A stretch of DNA of 64,000 nucleotides from Ascidiella aspersa (taxonomy: Eukaryota), in NCBI GenBank assembly GCA_963924565.1, contig OZ004615.1, positions 17,546,001 through 17,610,000 of the forward strand, written 5' to 3'. Position 1 is the stretch's first letter. The number at the start of each line of letters is the position of its first letter. The notes under the pieces are model-generated. The model saw nothing but the letters and a program-made list of their open reading frames with translations, ran no database searches and was not told where the DNA came from. Shown here piece by piece: positions 50,001 through 60,800 of the stretch. Made by a program: the position numbers and the translations under genes.

Positions 50001-53000
50001 ATTGATTGTGGATTTGTAGTGGAACAAATACCATCTGTCTTAAGACTTACGCGAGCTATGGCAGTGGTTGTTAAAGAGGGCGGACTATTACCGCGATTTT
50101 TCCACGATTATATTTCAGCAAGAAATCTAGCTCCAAACGTATCGTTTGGCTTCCTTCTCTTGTTGTGACGCGCGGTTTGTGTTTCACAAAAGCCAATTTA
50201 ACTAAAAAGCCGTGTAACGGTCGCCGGTTTCAATGGAAAAGCTGGCGTAGGGGCTTCGCCGTTTCACATGCTTGTGTGATGGAGGCACGCCTAAAAGAGA
50301 TGGGCGAATCTCTAGTATTGGTAATTGGATATCGGGGTAGTAGAGCTCCTTCACAAAGGAGCCGGATGTTGGACCTTTCATCTTACTTCTTACGGTAGCG
50401 TTGCATTTTTATACCCCGCTTTTAATTTCTTGAGATTTTAGTATCGGCATTTATACTTACCACCATGCCATGCCACCATACCAGTGGGCATGCTTTATGC
50501 CCTCTTGTGTATCTTAAATAAACCCCTGTCTTGATATTTGATGCCGTGGGTTTATAGGTCACCTGGAGTATTCCTAACTTAGCGTTGTTGTAGTTTTTAT
50601 CAGGGCTGCGCGACCTACGCGGTAAGGTTTCTCGCTGATTTAACGTAACGCAGTTAAACTTGTTATCGTCCGCATTGTCACTTTACACAATATGGCATAA
50701 AATCCGTATAGTTGTGGAGATGAAAACAGAGGCAACAAATTGAAAGTAAGACACGAATGTAATGTTATTACACGAAGTCTCGATATTGTGACACAAAGTT
50801 TAAAAAATTTTGTATGTTAATTCTGAAAAATATTGAGAGTCGTTATTACCTTTTTATTCAAAATGTTTTGTTTCTTGTAGAAAATAAATTTAAAATTGTA
50901 TTTAACACGTTTATATACTTTTTCGGATATATCCTCTGAATATTGTTATTATAAATTTATAATTACGTATATGTACCAAAAAATATGATTTTCAACAAAA
51001 GGCAAATCCTGATTTCAAAACAAATATATTACGTTTTACATTCGGATAAACGAGGCAAATCCTAATTTCCAAACAAAATCTATATCATATGGTTTACACT
51101 TGGTAACTATAAAACTAATAAACTCATTCGATATTTAAAATAGGTTCCTCTGGCATATATTTCTTTAACCAACGTTTCGGCTTACTATCCGGCAAGCCTT
51201 CGTCAGGGACTAACACACAAAACTCATTCGAGTAATACACAATGGCGAAACTCGCGCTGGTTTTCAGTCCACAAGTTTGCCTCTATGTTCGCAAAAACGA
51301 TATTTTTCCTCTGCTACAGTTTGTCGGCCAGGAAACTCTGATGAGCGCGTTCGTCGATCTCAAGCCAGAGTGGTTCAAGAAGAAGTGGAGGAGAGAGTCG
51401 ACCCTCGCCCTGCTCTGCATCTCACAGTTCCTCCTTGGCATCACCATGGTTACCAACGTGAGTGCTGGGACATCACCTTGCTATTAATAATGAAAAAACA
51501 GCTCTTCTGGTAACTGTAATTATTTACCAACGTTTAGGGAACCTATGTCAGTCGAAGGCGACTTTTAACCTATGTCAGTCGAAGGCGACTTTTTTGGTAA
51601 AGAATTACAATTTCCAGAAGAGATGTATTTTTATAAATACTACTATGCCTGGTAGCAAGTTTATATATCATTTTGCTATATTACTTGTTGCACCGCGATT
51701 CGATATTGCCATAGTCCAATTGGGTTCGGGTTATCTAACTTACGCACTTAAAATTGATATAAAATAGAATTTGCGTTTGAATGCAATGACCTGACTGACT
51801 AATTTGGATTTCATGTCGGTCGACCGAGACTTCTTATTTTATAAGAAAAGATTTCTTGATATAGCTTATTTTTAATATATTTTATTTCTTCTCTGTTTTT
51901 TTTGTCGTGGGTTTGTTTTTACAAAAGTGAAACAACAACTCTGCACTTTTCACTATGTAAAACATACTTTTGAATGACTCCGGTTAAAATCAAAAGTATT
52001 TTCACGGAACATTTCTAACAGAATCAGAATGTAGTAAACTTTACAATAGCCCTTAGCACACGACAAACTATATGTAAATGTTTTAATACTCAATTGTGTA
52101 ATAGATAGTGCGTATTCAAGTCTGAAATGCCTGTGTGTTGTAATACAAATACCTTATTTTCCAAATCTACAAAAAGTTTCACGAAACACGTTACAGTCAA
52201 GATCACTGATCTAATGTCATAAAAATACTGTGGAACACAGTCCGAAACCGTTTTCGCCCAATTCACAAGACTCTTTGGCGTTTCGTTTTTAAACTCGTTT
52301 CGCCGCAAACGCAGGGCGGCGTGTACGTGCTGAACATCTACGACAACTACGCGGCCGCCGGCTGGAGTCTTCTCTTCATCGCCTTCTGCGAGTGTACGAC
52401 CATCGCCTGGCTCTTCGGCATCGACCGCTTTTGGGAGATCGTCTGCGACATGATCGGCTTTCGGCCTCGCATCAACTGGTTCAAGTGGTGCTGGAGCATG
52501 CTCACCCCACTCTCCACTGCGGTACGTGCTCAATTACAGCGCGACCACTTTCCCCAGCCAAGACTTTTAAACGGCTGATTTTTTTTCTTTTTGTTTTGCT
52601 AATTAAATTAGAATTGCTATATACCCTAATGCAGTGGTTCTCAATCGGGGTGCCGCGGCACCCTGGGGTGCCATTTCTAATGCTCAAGGGTGCCGAGAGA
52701 TATTTGAACACTTTAGGAAACTGATTTTTACTCAACTCTTACAAATTTTTGTGCAAGATTAGAGTGAAATAAATCAAATTATAACTTCCTATACGTTATG
52801 AAGAGTTGACGTGTGTTGTTCCAGATCCGTATACCGCGACATTCAGTGAATTGCCTACGGAAAAATCGTGTAGGGGTGCCACAATCTATTTATTATTTCT
52901 GAGGGGTACCGCTAGTCATAAACGGCTGAGAAACACTGCGGCCTAATGCACGACAAATGGAAATTAAATCAATATATGACTTTTTCTTATGAGAATGTAA

Positions 53001-54779
53001 ATGAAAATATTCCTACGCAACCAATGGCATTTTGAAGAATGTATATTATACCTATAAGCATTAAAATTGTTGTTCTCGATTGTCTCTGTTTGCTGCGTCT
53101 CGGCAATGAAACATCCCCGTGTCAGTATAGCGCTCGGTTTTGTTGTGAAACGGCAGTTACATTGAGTTTAACATATAAATACAAACAAATAGAAATTACT
53201 TCATATCTGACGTAAAAAATGAAATAATACACTTTTCACAAAAAAAAAAAATTGTACTTGTCAAACGATATCTACGTTTCGCATACACTGTTTCGGCAAA
53301 AAAAAGTTAATCCCTACTATATATTTGTTTTCGGAACTATAATAACACAACGCGTCCAACTAATTGAACAATGACCGTGGGCTATACCTGGATCTTGGCT
53401 ACATCGACTTAAACTGTTTTGTGTTTGTTTGTGCAGATCCTGCTGGTGATATGCCTGGTCTACTACGAGCCGCTCACCTACAACAAGACCTACGTGTACC
53501 CTGGCCCAGCCATCGTACTCTGTTGGATGCTGGCACTCTCTTCTATCCTCGCTATTCCGGTCTACGCAATCTATCGTTTTTACATCGCCAACGGAACCTT
53601 CAGAGACGTAAGGTTCTAAAATTAGATGACGTCAAAGTTTAACCGGCCAAGATTGCTTTACGATTGGGTTTACTCGACGAAGCTCACGACCAAGTTGACA
53701 CCAACTCGTTTTGTTTTCCCACTTAATCGTTTTGTTTTTTCCACCTTTTAAATATTTATAAAATACTGTAAAAAATACTTTGACCTAGGGATGTCCGATA
53801 ATATAGAATCAGAGCTGATACCTGATGCCAAGTGATAGTATCGGTACTCGTCCGATACTAACATTGTTTCGGTTTCGATCCGGTACTAAATTAATATAGG
53901 AATTTTGCTGCGTCCTCCCCTCACAGCTATATTGCTTTGTTGTTTATTTAGCGCTGGATCGAAGTAACAACCTCGGAGGTCGATGAGCGGGAATTGTTTA
54001 GCGGCAGCGAACAGAAAGCAAGCGGCGGTAAGCACAAATGGTTTAGTAGTTGAACGATGACTATCAAACTGCCTGGTCCACTAGAGTCCTAAGCACCAGA
54101 GGTGGATCAGTTACATCAATTCAGTTCAATTACACTTACTACCTTAAATGTTTCAATTACATTACAATTACTTTAAAAACTCTAATAAGTTACATCAATT
54201 ACAATTTTCGGCATTGAAACTTCAATTTTCTCAATATCAATGTATTGGGCCAGAATTTTAGCAAATTACAATTAGAATTGGACAGAATGAAAATGCCTCA
54301 ATTCAATTACATTAAAACCTGTAATTAATTACAGTACATCAATTACTACTTACCGACTACTTACTACAAGCACCACAAAGGATAGTGCGGTTTTCTACTA
54401 CGTTCTTAATCTTTGGCCCTAACTCTTTGACCGCACCTGAACCCTAGTGGTCACAGGTTGTCAACTGGGCACTACTGATTTTACCACAAACTCCTGACTA
54501 CTTTTCAGTCAATAGAAAAAGCCTAACCCACAATAGCTCCTAGATTTTTTCTTTCTTTTATTTACAGCAACCCCACTATTAGTAGTCGCAAAAAATCAAG
54601 TAAAGAAACGAGTTAAAATGACTAGTTCTATGTTCGTCGTTGCGCCTTTCTTCGCACATTTTTAACAAGCCACGTTTCTCCGTGTAGGTGAAATGGAGCT
54701 TGCGCCGCTGTACGACGACGTTGTCAAGGCAAGAGTCGACGGTTTTTGTCCGAGCGCTTGCGGCGAGAAATGCGCCTAG
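41005..54779 (+). CDS. Sodium- and chloride-dependent SLC6 transporter, GABA/taurine/creatine subfamily (taurine-transporter-like TM1), 622 aa
   Basis: Phase-consistent exons 41005-41030, 41439-41569, 42604-42735, 43730-44015, 44456-44588, 44744-44878, 45798-45901, 47724-47817, 48562-48705, 51320-51457, 52315-52521, 53437-53607, 53952-54027, 54688-54779 (1869 nt). NSS signature [43 protein letters not shown]; LNVYY in TM3; [15 protein letters not shown] in EL2; [10 protein letters not shown]; [14 protein letters not shown]; LGLDS; TM10 DNYAAAG with the extra residue typical of the GAT subfamily. The last exon is less certain. Confidence 0.95.
51132..51219 (-). ncRNA. 88-bp insertion with a minimal hammerhead ribozyme motif, flanked by a 12-bp TSD
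   Basis: Minus strand: ttagtcc-CTGACGA-A-GGCTTGC-cggata-GTAAGCC-GAAACGT-T-ggttaa. Direct repeat aaactcattcga at 51120-51131 and 51220-51231. Confidence 0.7.
51490..51660. mobile_element. Degenerate fold-back copy of the same family with an internal 27-bp tandem duplication
   Basis: ctcttctggtaactgtaattatttaccaa (51502-51530) pairs with ttggtaaagaattacaatttccagaagag (51594-51621). Same tail tactatgcctggtagca. Loop contains aacctatgtcagtcgaaggcgactttt twice. Confidence 0.6.
52632..52938 (+). mobile_element. hAT (Charlie-like) MITE, family copy 1
   Basis: TIRs cagtggttctca / tgagaaacactg; gggtgcc repeats; near-TSD cctaatg on both sides; ~75 nt shared with 61110-61185. Confidence 0.8.
54097..54365. 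repeat. AATTAC-rich interspersed repeat (probable MITE remnant)
   Basis: Many caattac/aattaca units after a cagaggtgg start; aagcacca occurs near both ends. Confidence 0.45.
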
Positions 54780-57755
54780 CGACGGTTGACAAGTGACGTC
54801 AGCATCATCAACGTATTTCCTTCTATTTTTCTTTTTACACCTCCCCAATCAAACTCCTTTTTTGGTTTGTGAGGCGACGTCTTTGCGAAAAAAGTCTTCC
54901 ATCGCTTGTCATCATTAAAACCAATCCAGTTTGGGTTTCCACTCAGTTTAATCTCTACCATCGTTTTCCGGCTGCGCTTTTAATTTACGTCAGGCCTGAT
55001 TTCTAACAAATACCCCATTGCAAATAATGAAACAAGCAAACGTTTTAAATTGCGATGCTCATTAGTTAACTAGCAGCTATTACAGTCTGCCCCAACCAAT
55101 GGAGACTTTGACCAGTGTTGCGCGGCAAATTCTTTGAGTGACGGGCGCACGCTTATAAGTTCATTATTTATCGGCAAAACTCGTTTAAAAAAAAACAAGT
55201 CGGCATAAACGGCCTAAACGCATGTTGTTGACAGCTGTAAGCTGTAAGTTTAGTAAACTGGGATTATTTTGAGCAGCTACGTTTTGGGTAAATAATGTTA
55301 AATTGATAACATATAACGGTAAAATATACTGAAGTATTTTTTTTAATGCCTGTCCAAAATAAACGGGTTACTACTTAACTAGCGAGTAATACAAACTTTT
55401 GTTGTCAAAAGTTTTTAATATGCCCAATTATGAGAATTATATATAATTCACAATGCGACGAGTAGAAAAGCAACAATCTAGGGCGATTGTCCTATTTGTA
55501 AAAAAAAAAAATATCGTACATTTTTTGTTAAGTTGTTTAAAGTAAGAAACGATCAACTGAAACATTACAAATGACTTTACGTTGTCACTTTGTAGTACAA
55601 AAGCTTAAAAAGGACTTGCTTAAGGTGAGGTATTAGTTGGATGGTTAAAACGTAGTTATTTGAACGATATTTTTTCATCGATGCTATCAATGCAATTTAA
55701 GTCATATTTAGCGATGTAGGTAAATTATTGTTCGTTTAACGGGTGGTGTTTTTCTTCTCCTGTAACTTGACTAGATTGCCAATCCACTGTAACTTGCCTA
55801 ACGAGGTTTTCGGCAAAAAAATATCCAATCGTTTTTATTGTCTTTTCATTCATTTTTGCTTTTTAGATGTACTTTGTTTGGAGTTTGTCAAAAAAAATAT
55901 TACCGTTTAGCCTTCATTTTGTAAGCTTCGAAAATGTCACTTCATCTAATACCACTGTAGTAATTTATCATCGACATTTAAAAATGTTTCTAGCGCACGA
56001 GACTAACTTGTTCTGAATTAAAATATTAATTGCTAACAGGATGTAGGGCATTATTTTCTAAACTAAATGTAAATGTCATTTATTGTCTTTTTGGCGTAAA
56101 CCTACTTGCTGTAAGGCATGAAGTGGTTTGAAAAATCCAGCTTCAATGAACTTATTCCTTCAGCTCTTTGCTCGAGAGTGGCTAAGTACTTTTACCCTAC
56201 AAGTGTTCTACCATTCAAAACAGGTGGTCTCCTTTTCGACTGTTGTGTTTTTAAAACGCTGTGTTCTGTTGTTCAAGTTGACGCCGATCACATTCTCAGC
56301 ACTGTTAGTTGCCGTAAACTGTTGCTTGTACGCTTGACGTCGACCATATTTGGCCCGATTTGCCAACAAAACAAAGAACAGACCCGACTACAAATCGACC
56401 CTTCAGTGTGTCGGTAGTCTGGGCCACGTTACCAGGCGAAATTACCACTTGTTACCAGAGTACATTGCAAAATTATCATTTTTGGCCCATCGCATATTTG
56501 TTAGAAAAGAGTGATCTACAGCCTACTGGGAAGATTTTAGACCAAAATTTTGTATAGTAAAAATTCATGGAAACACAATTTTCTTTCATTCGCAATCATG
56601 CCACGCAGCTGTTTTCTAAAAATGAATACGTAATAATGAGTTTAAATAAAGTAATTTAAAGCATCCTGCGAAATATGTGTCGCACATGCCAGAGTTGTAA
56701 TTGACTGTTTTGTAAAGACAATGTTCCACCGACGAAAAGAGCGTGGTAATTTATTATATACACGAAAATGTGGTACTTCAACATTGATTTGTAAATACTT
56801 TTTATATTTTCGCCTGTTTTTTGCTTCTAAAGTGTGGCACACTATATAGTTGTAGTACAAATTTACAGCGCAAATAAACAAAATGCTGTTTGCTTGTCGA
56901 CATATTCCTGTGGTATTTTAAGGAAATCGTTTATCGCGGATCGTTTAAATGCCTAAAATGGCTTGAGTTGCATCAAAGGGTTGTATTTTATGCAAAAAGT
57001 TTATTTTAAAATTATTAGAAAAACTTCAAATAAATGTCGTAAACCAACCAATGACTTTTAAGTAAGACAACAAAATGTTTTCAATTAAAGTCAACAGTTT
57101 AAGAGGTACCTCGACTGACCTTTTTAAGTTTGGTTGGTGTAGTATAGCTAAATCACTGCGGAAATTTTAAAAAGGCTTAGAAAAATAGTTGAAAAAGCTT
57201 TTCACTTTTTTCATGTTGTTTTGTTTGTAAGCCTACGCGTAGCTAGATGCTGTATACTCGGTGTGCTAAACGTAACAGAACAATGGCACAACTTGGTGGG
57301 AAAGAGCTTGATTCTCACCCAAAGATTTAATTTTATGAGGAATACGAAGGTCTAAATTCCTCATGTTAAAAAATATTTGCAGAGACATATGTAAATTTTG
57401 GGTGTAAGGTTTATACTTACAGTATTAAACCTTTGCGACCTGGCATCAACCCCCTGCATTTTAACCATGATGTGGCCCCATGTGACTTAACATGACCGCG
57501 TTTCGTCTTAGAATTGTAGAAAAATCAACACCCTGTTATTATGTCAATGTAATAGGCCTACAAGCAGTATTTCACCCTCTCTAAATAATGAGCCGATATT
57601 ACCTATAAAACTCTGATATATGGCAAACCTAACGCTAAGACCAATCTGTGGCAATGCGCACTGGCCTTAATTTATCGCAGATCATTGCATTTATGATTTG
57701 TATAATAGTATGACATGTTCAAGTGTGTGTATAACGCTTTTGTCTATCTGTGACC

Positions 57756-57761
57756 TTTATT
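57756..57761 (-). terminator. AATAAA polyadenylation signal of UNC79
   Basis: tttatt on the plus strand, ~85 nt past the stop codon. Confidence 0.55.
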
Positions 57762-57843
57762 TTATAAAAAACAAAACACAAGTACGAATAAACGTTTACG
57801 GCACATAAAAAAATAGTTCAGCGCGAGCAAATCACGGTCGGTT

Positions 57844-60800
57844 TTACACGACGTACATTCCCTCGTCCGTCTCGATGTTCTGAAGTCGCCACTTTATGCT
57901 CTCCACAACGTCGAGAAGCTGATTCGAGTTCGCCGTTTCTAGGTTTTCCGTGCAATCGTCGCCTACATGAAAATACTGGTTAGTGGTACAAACGCCGTAA
58001 CAAAACAATTTTAAACAACCTGGTACCGGTATACAAAATTGAACATGGCCTTGAACTTATAAAAAAGACGCTTGTTTTGGCTATTCTCTGCTTTTAAATT
58101 TAGAAATATTTTTTTTAAATATAAATATAGGCCCGTACGACGTACGTCTTGCGTTTTTATTGCTATTATTATAATCACCGCCGGCATACACATATATTAA
58201 ACATGACACCAAACTAATAAACTAGTACTAAGCTACACCAACGAATGCAAAATTGAACTAGAAATAATGCACCTGTCTTGATCTTTGGCTTTTTGCTCAG
58301 TTTTGCCTTCAGCCCTTCCAACATAGGTGACCACATGGGATAGAGCTAGAAGGAAAGTATTTATTTTAGTGCTGCGTTACGCAAGCTGCCTTTCTTGCAC
58401 GAATTGTGAAATCTTTATTGGTTGTGTTAATCGCAACAAAACAAAGTAGGCGAAAGGCATAACAAGCACTGAACTGGCAAACCTTGAGCAGAATATTGGA
58501 ATCGTACATTTCCAGGCACGATATGAGGCTTGCAATATGGCGGTGAATTTTTTCCGACACCTGAAACAAAACGGCAAAAATAGCGAAGTAAATGAATACC
58601 CTTCCACTTTAACTTAGCATGCTACGAATATGACGCGGTTGAGCACACGGGATAGCTTCGTTATGGTAGAAAAAACAACAGGGTTTTTCAGTTGTTGATA
58701 ACTTGGGAGCACTCCGCACAATGCTGTAAATATTAATTTAAAAAGTCCTAGTCAAGTCATTTAAAAAATAACTGAAATCCAAATCACGTTTTTTGCCAAA
58801 AATAACAAGTCAAATCCGATTCCAAGTTTAGTTGCCCAGTTAAATCTCAGTCAAGTCATTATTAGAACAATTCAACTCAAAATTAAGGCATTGTATGGCA
58901 TAGAAATAAAACAACAAACAGTTAAATTAGGTAAACTCGTCAGTCTATGAGCAATATCTCAACTAAAAAATACAAAAACGCAACACATAAATAAGCAAAT
59001 TGTTTTATTTACCAAAATTAAGATAAATAACCCAGTGTTATTAAACAAAATATTTAATCAATTCACTGAATTTTAAATCAAGTTATTTGACACCATGACT
59101 AAATAAAGTCAAGTAATTTTGGCTAAATGGCCTAAGTCAGATCAAGTCATTTAAAACCAGTGACTTAAGTACACCAAAGTCATGTCATTACGGCACTGCC
59201 TTTACACTTAACCGAGTAGGCTAAAAATACTACAACCACTTACTTTTCCGTCTTGTTCGAGTAGGACGAGCATACTCGGCGTGACTCGACTCCAGAACTC
59301 CAGGAGCAGGGTGACGCACACGTGGGGTTCCCCTGTTGGGTTGTAACACACATTCGGCTGGCACGAGTTTGTGGCGGAACCGCCAGGCAGGGTGACGTTC
59401 GGTGTGAGAAAGTAGGAGATCTGCTCACAGTAAACCGTCCAGATCTGAAAGCCAATGTGTAACAATAGGGCATTATTTTGCCGTTAAATCTTTATAATTC
59501 CAACAAAATTATGTGTTCTGAACAAAATTATATGTTCTGAGACGTAAAGATATCGTAATGATAGTTTGCCTTGGTGACTGGGTAAAAACTTTTAATTCCT
59601 AATTAGGTATTTTTTTATATGGGGTAAAACTTTAATTATATATAAGTTAATGTAATAATTGAAATAGTTGGTTTTTAGGAAATTAAAGGAGGAGCTAGAC
59701 AACTTTGTTGACTCAAATCATTGCGACACTATATATTATTAGGATGTTAAGAAAACGATATTAGGACATTAACAAAACGATTACATAATCTAAAAATAAA
59801 CATTACGGCCTCTAACAGCAAATTAAGTAGTGGTATGAACTCAGAATTGCAAAAATCACCACTAAAAGATTTATAACTACACACAATGTGAATATACTCG
59901 AAAACTAAAAACAATGTGAATATACTTAAAAACACGACTACAAACAATGTGAATATACTAATAATACCACTGCAGAAAAGTTTTAACTCACTTGTAAAAA
60001 AAAAGCTTCAAATAAAACTTACCTGGCAGAAAATGAAGGCGTAAAAGAGAGCCCCAGTATTCAGCACTTGTTCCTGAAAAATAATTCCAATACCATTATA
60101 TAGGAAACTTTCAACAAGAATGTAGAAAAGTGATGTTTTTCATCCTAAATTTAGGCAAGGTTTTTTCATACTGTAGCAATAAACTTATTGCTGTTGTTAG
60201 AAACCTTGTTTTACGTTTTGATAAGGTTTATAATAGGCCTTTTTACTTTTCACACCTGTTTTTGTTCGAGATATCCGGTCAGAATAACTTGCAAAATGCT
60301 GGCGAGGTTTGGTCCAGACTCAAAAGGCACTGGCTGCCATATCACGCCACTCGTGCTTTGTATCAGCGCAAGATGGTGGAGCGCTCCCAGCAGGATCCAC
60401 GAAAGCTTGCGAACATGCATCACGCACTCACTGTATTCCTTAACGCTGCACAGAACATGTAAGTTTGATCAGCAACGCGAGTTAAAACTAAAAAAGCCCA
60501 ACAACACAAACACCCATATGCATATTGTATGAAATGTCCCCGATGAAGTAGGACGAACCAACAATAAAGGCACACTTATACTCAGAGTTAAACCAACAAT
60601 AAAGGCACACTTATACTCAGAGTCTTCAATGGCTTTCGGTGTAATATATTAGGCAATATGTGAATTTATATTATCTGCCCACATTTGGCAACGAGTTATC
60701 TGGCTAACAGGTGGCGTTTTTAAAAGTAATTGTATTATGACGTTACTTTAAGATGCAACGTTCTAACGTCATCTCTGCAAATTAATTTTCATATTTTTAA

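Noticed and set aside
59883-59960. Repeat-spacer pattern reminiscent of CRISPR
   Set aside because: 16-bp cores with short, related A-rich spacers in a eukaryotic intron and no cas genes; it is a minisatellite.
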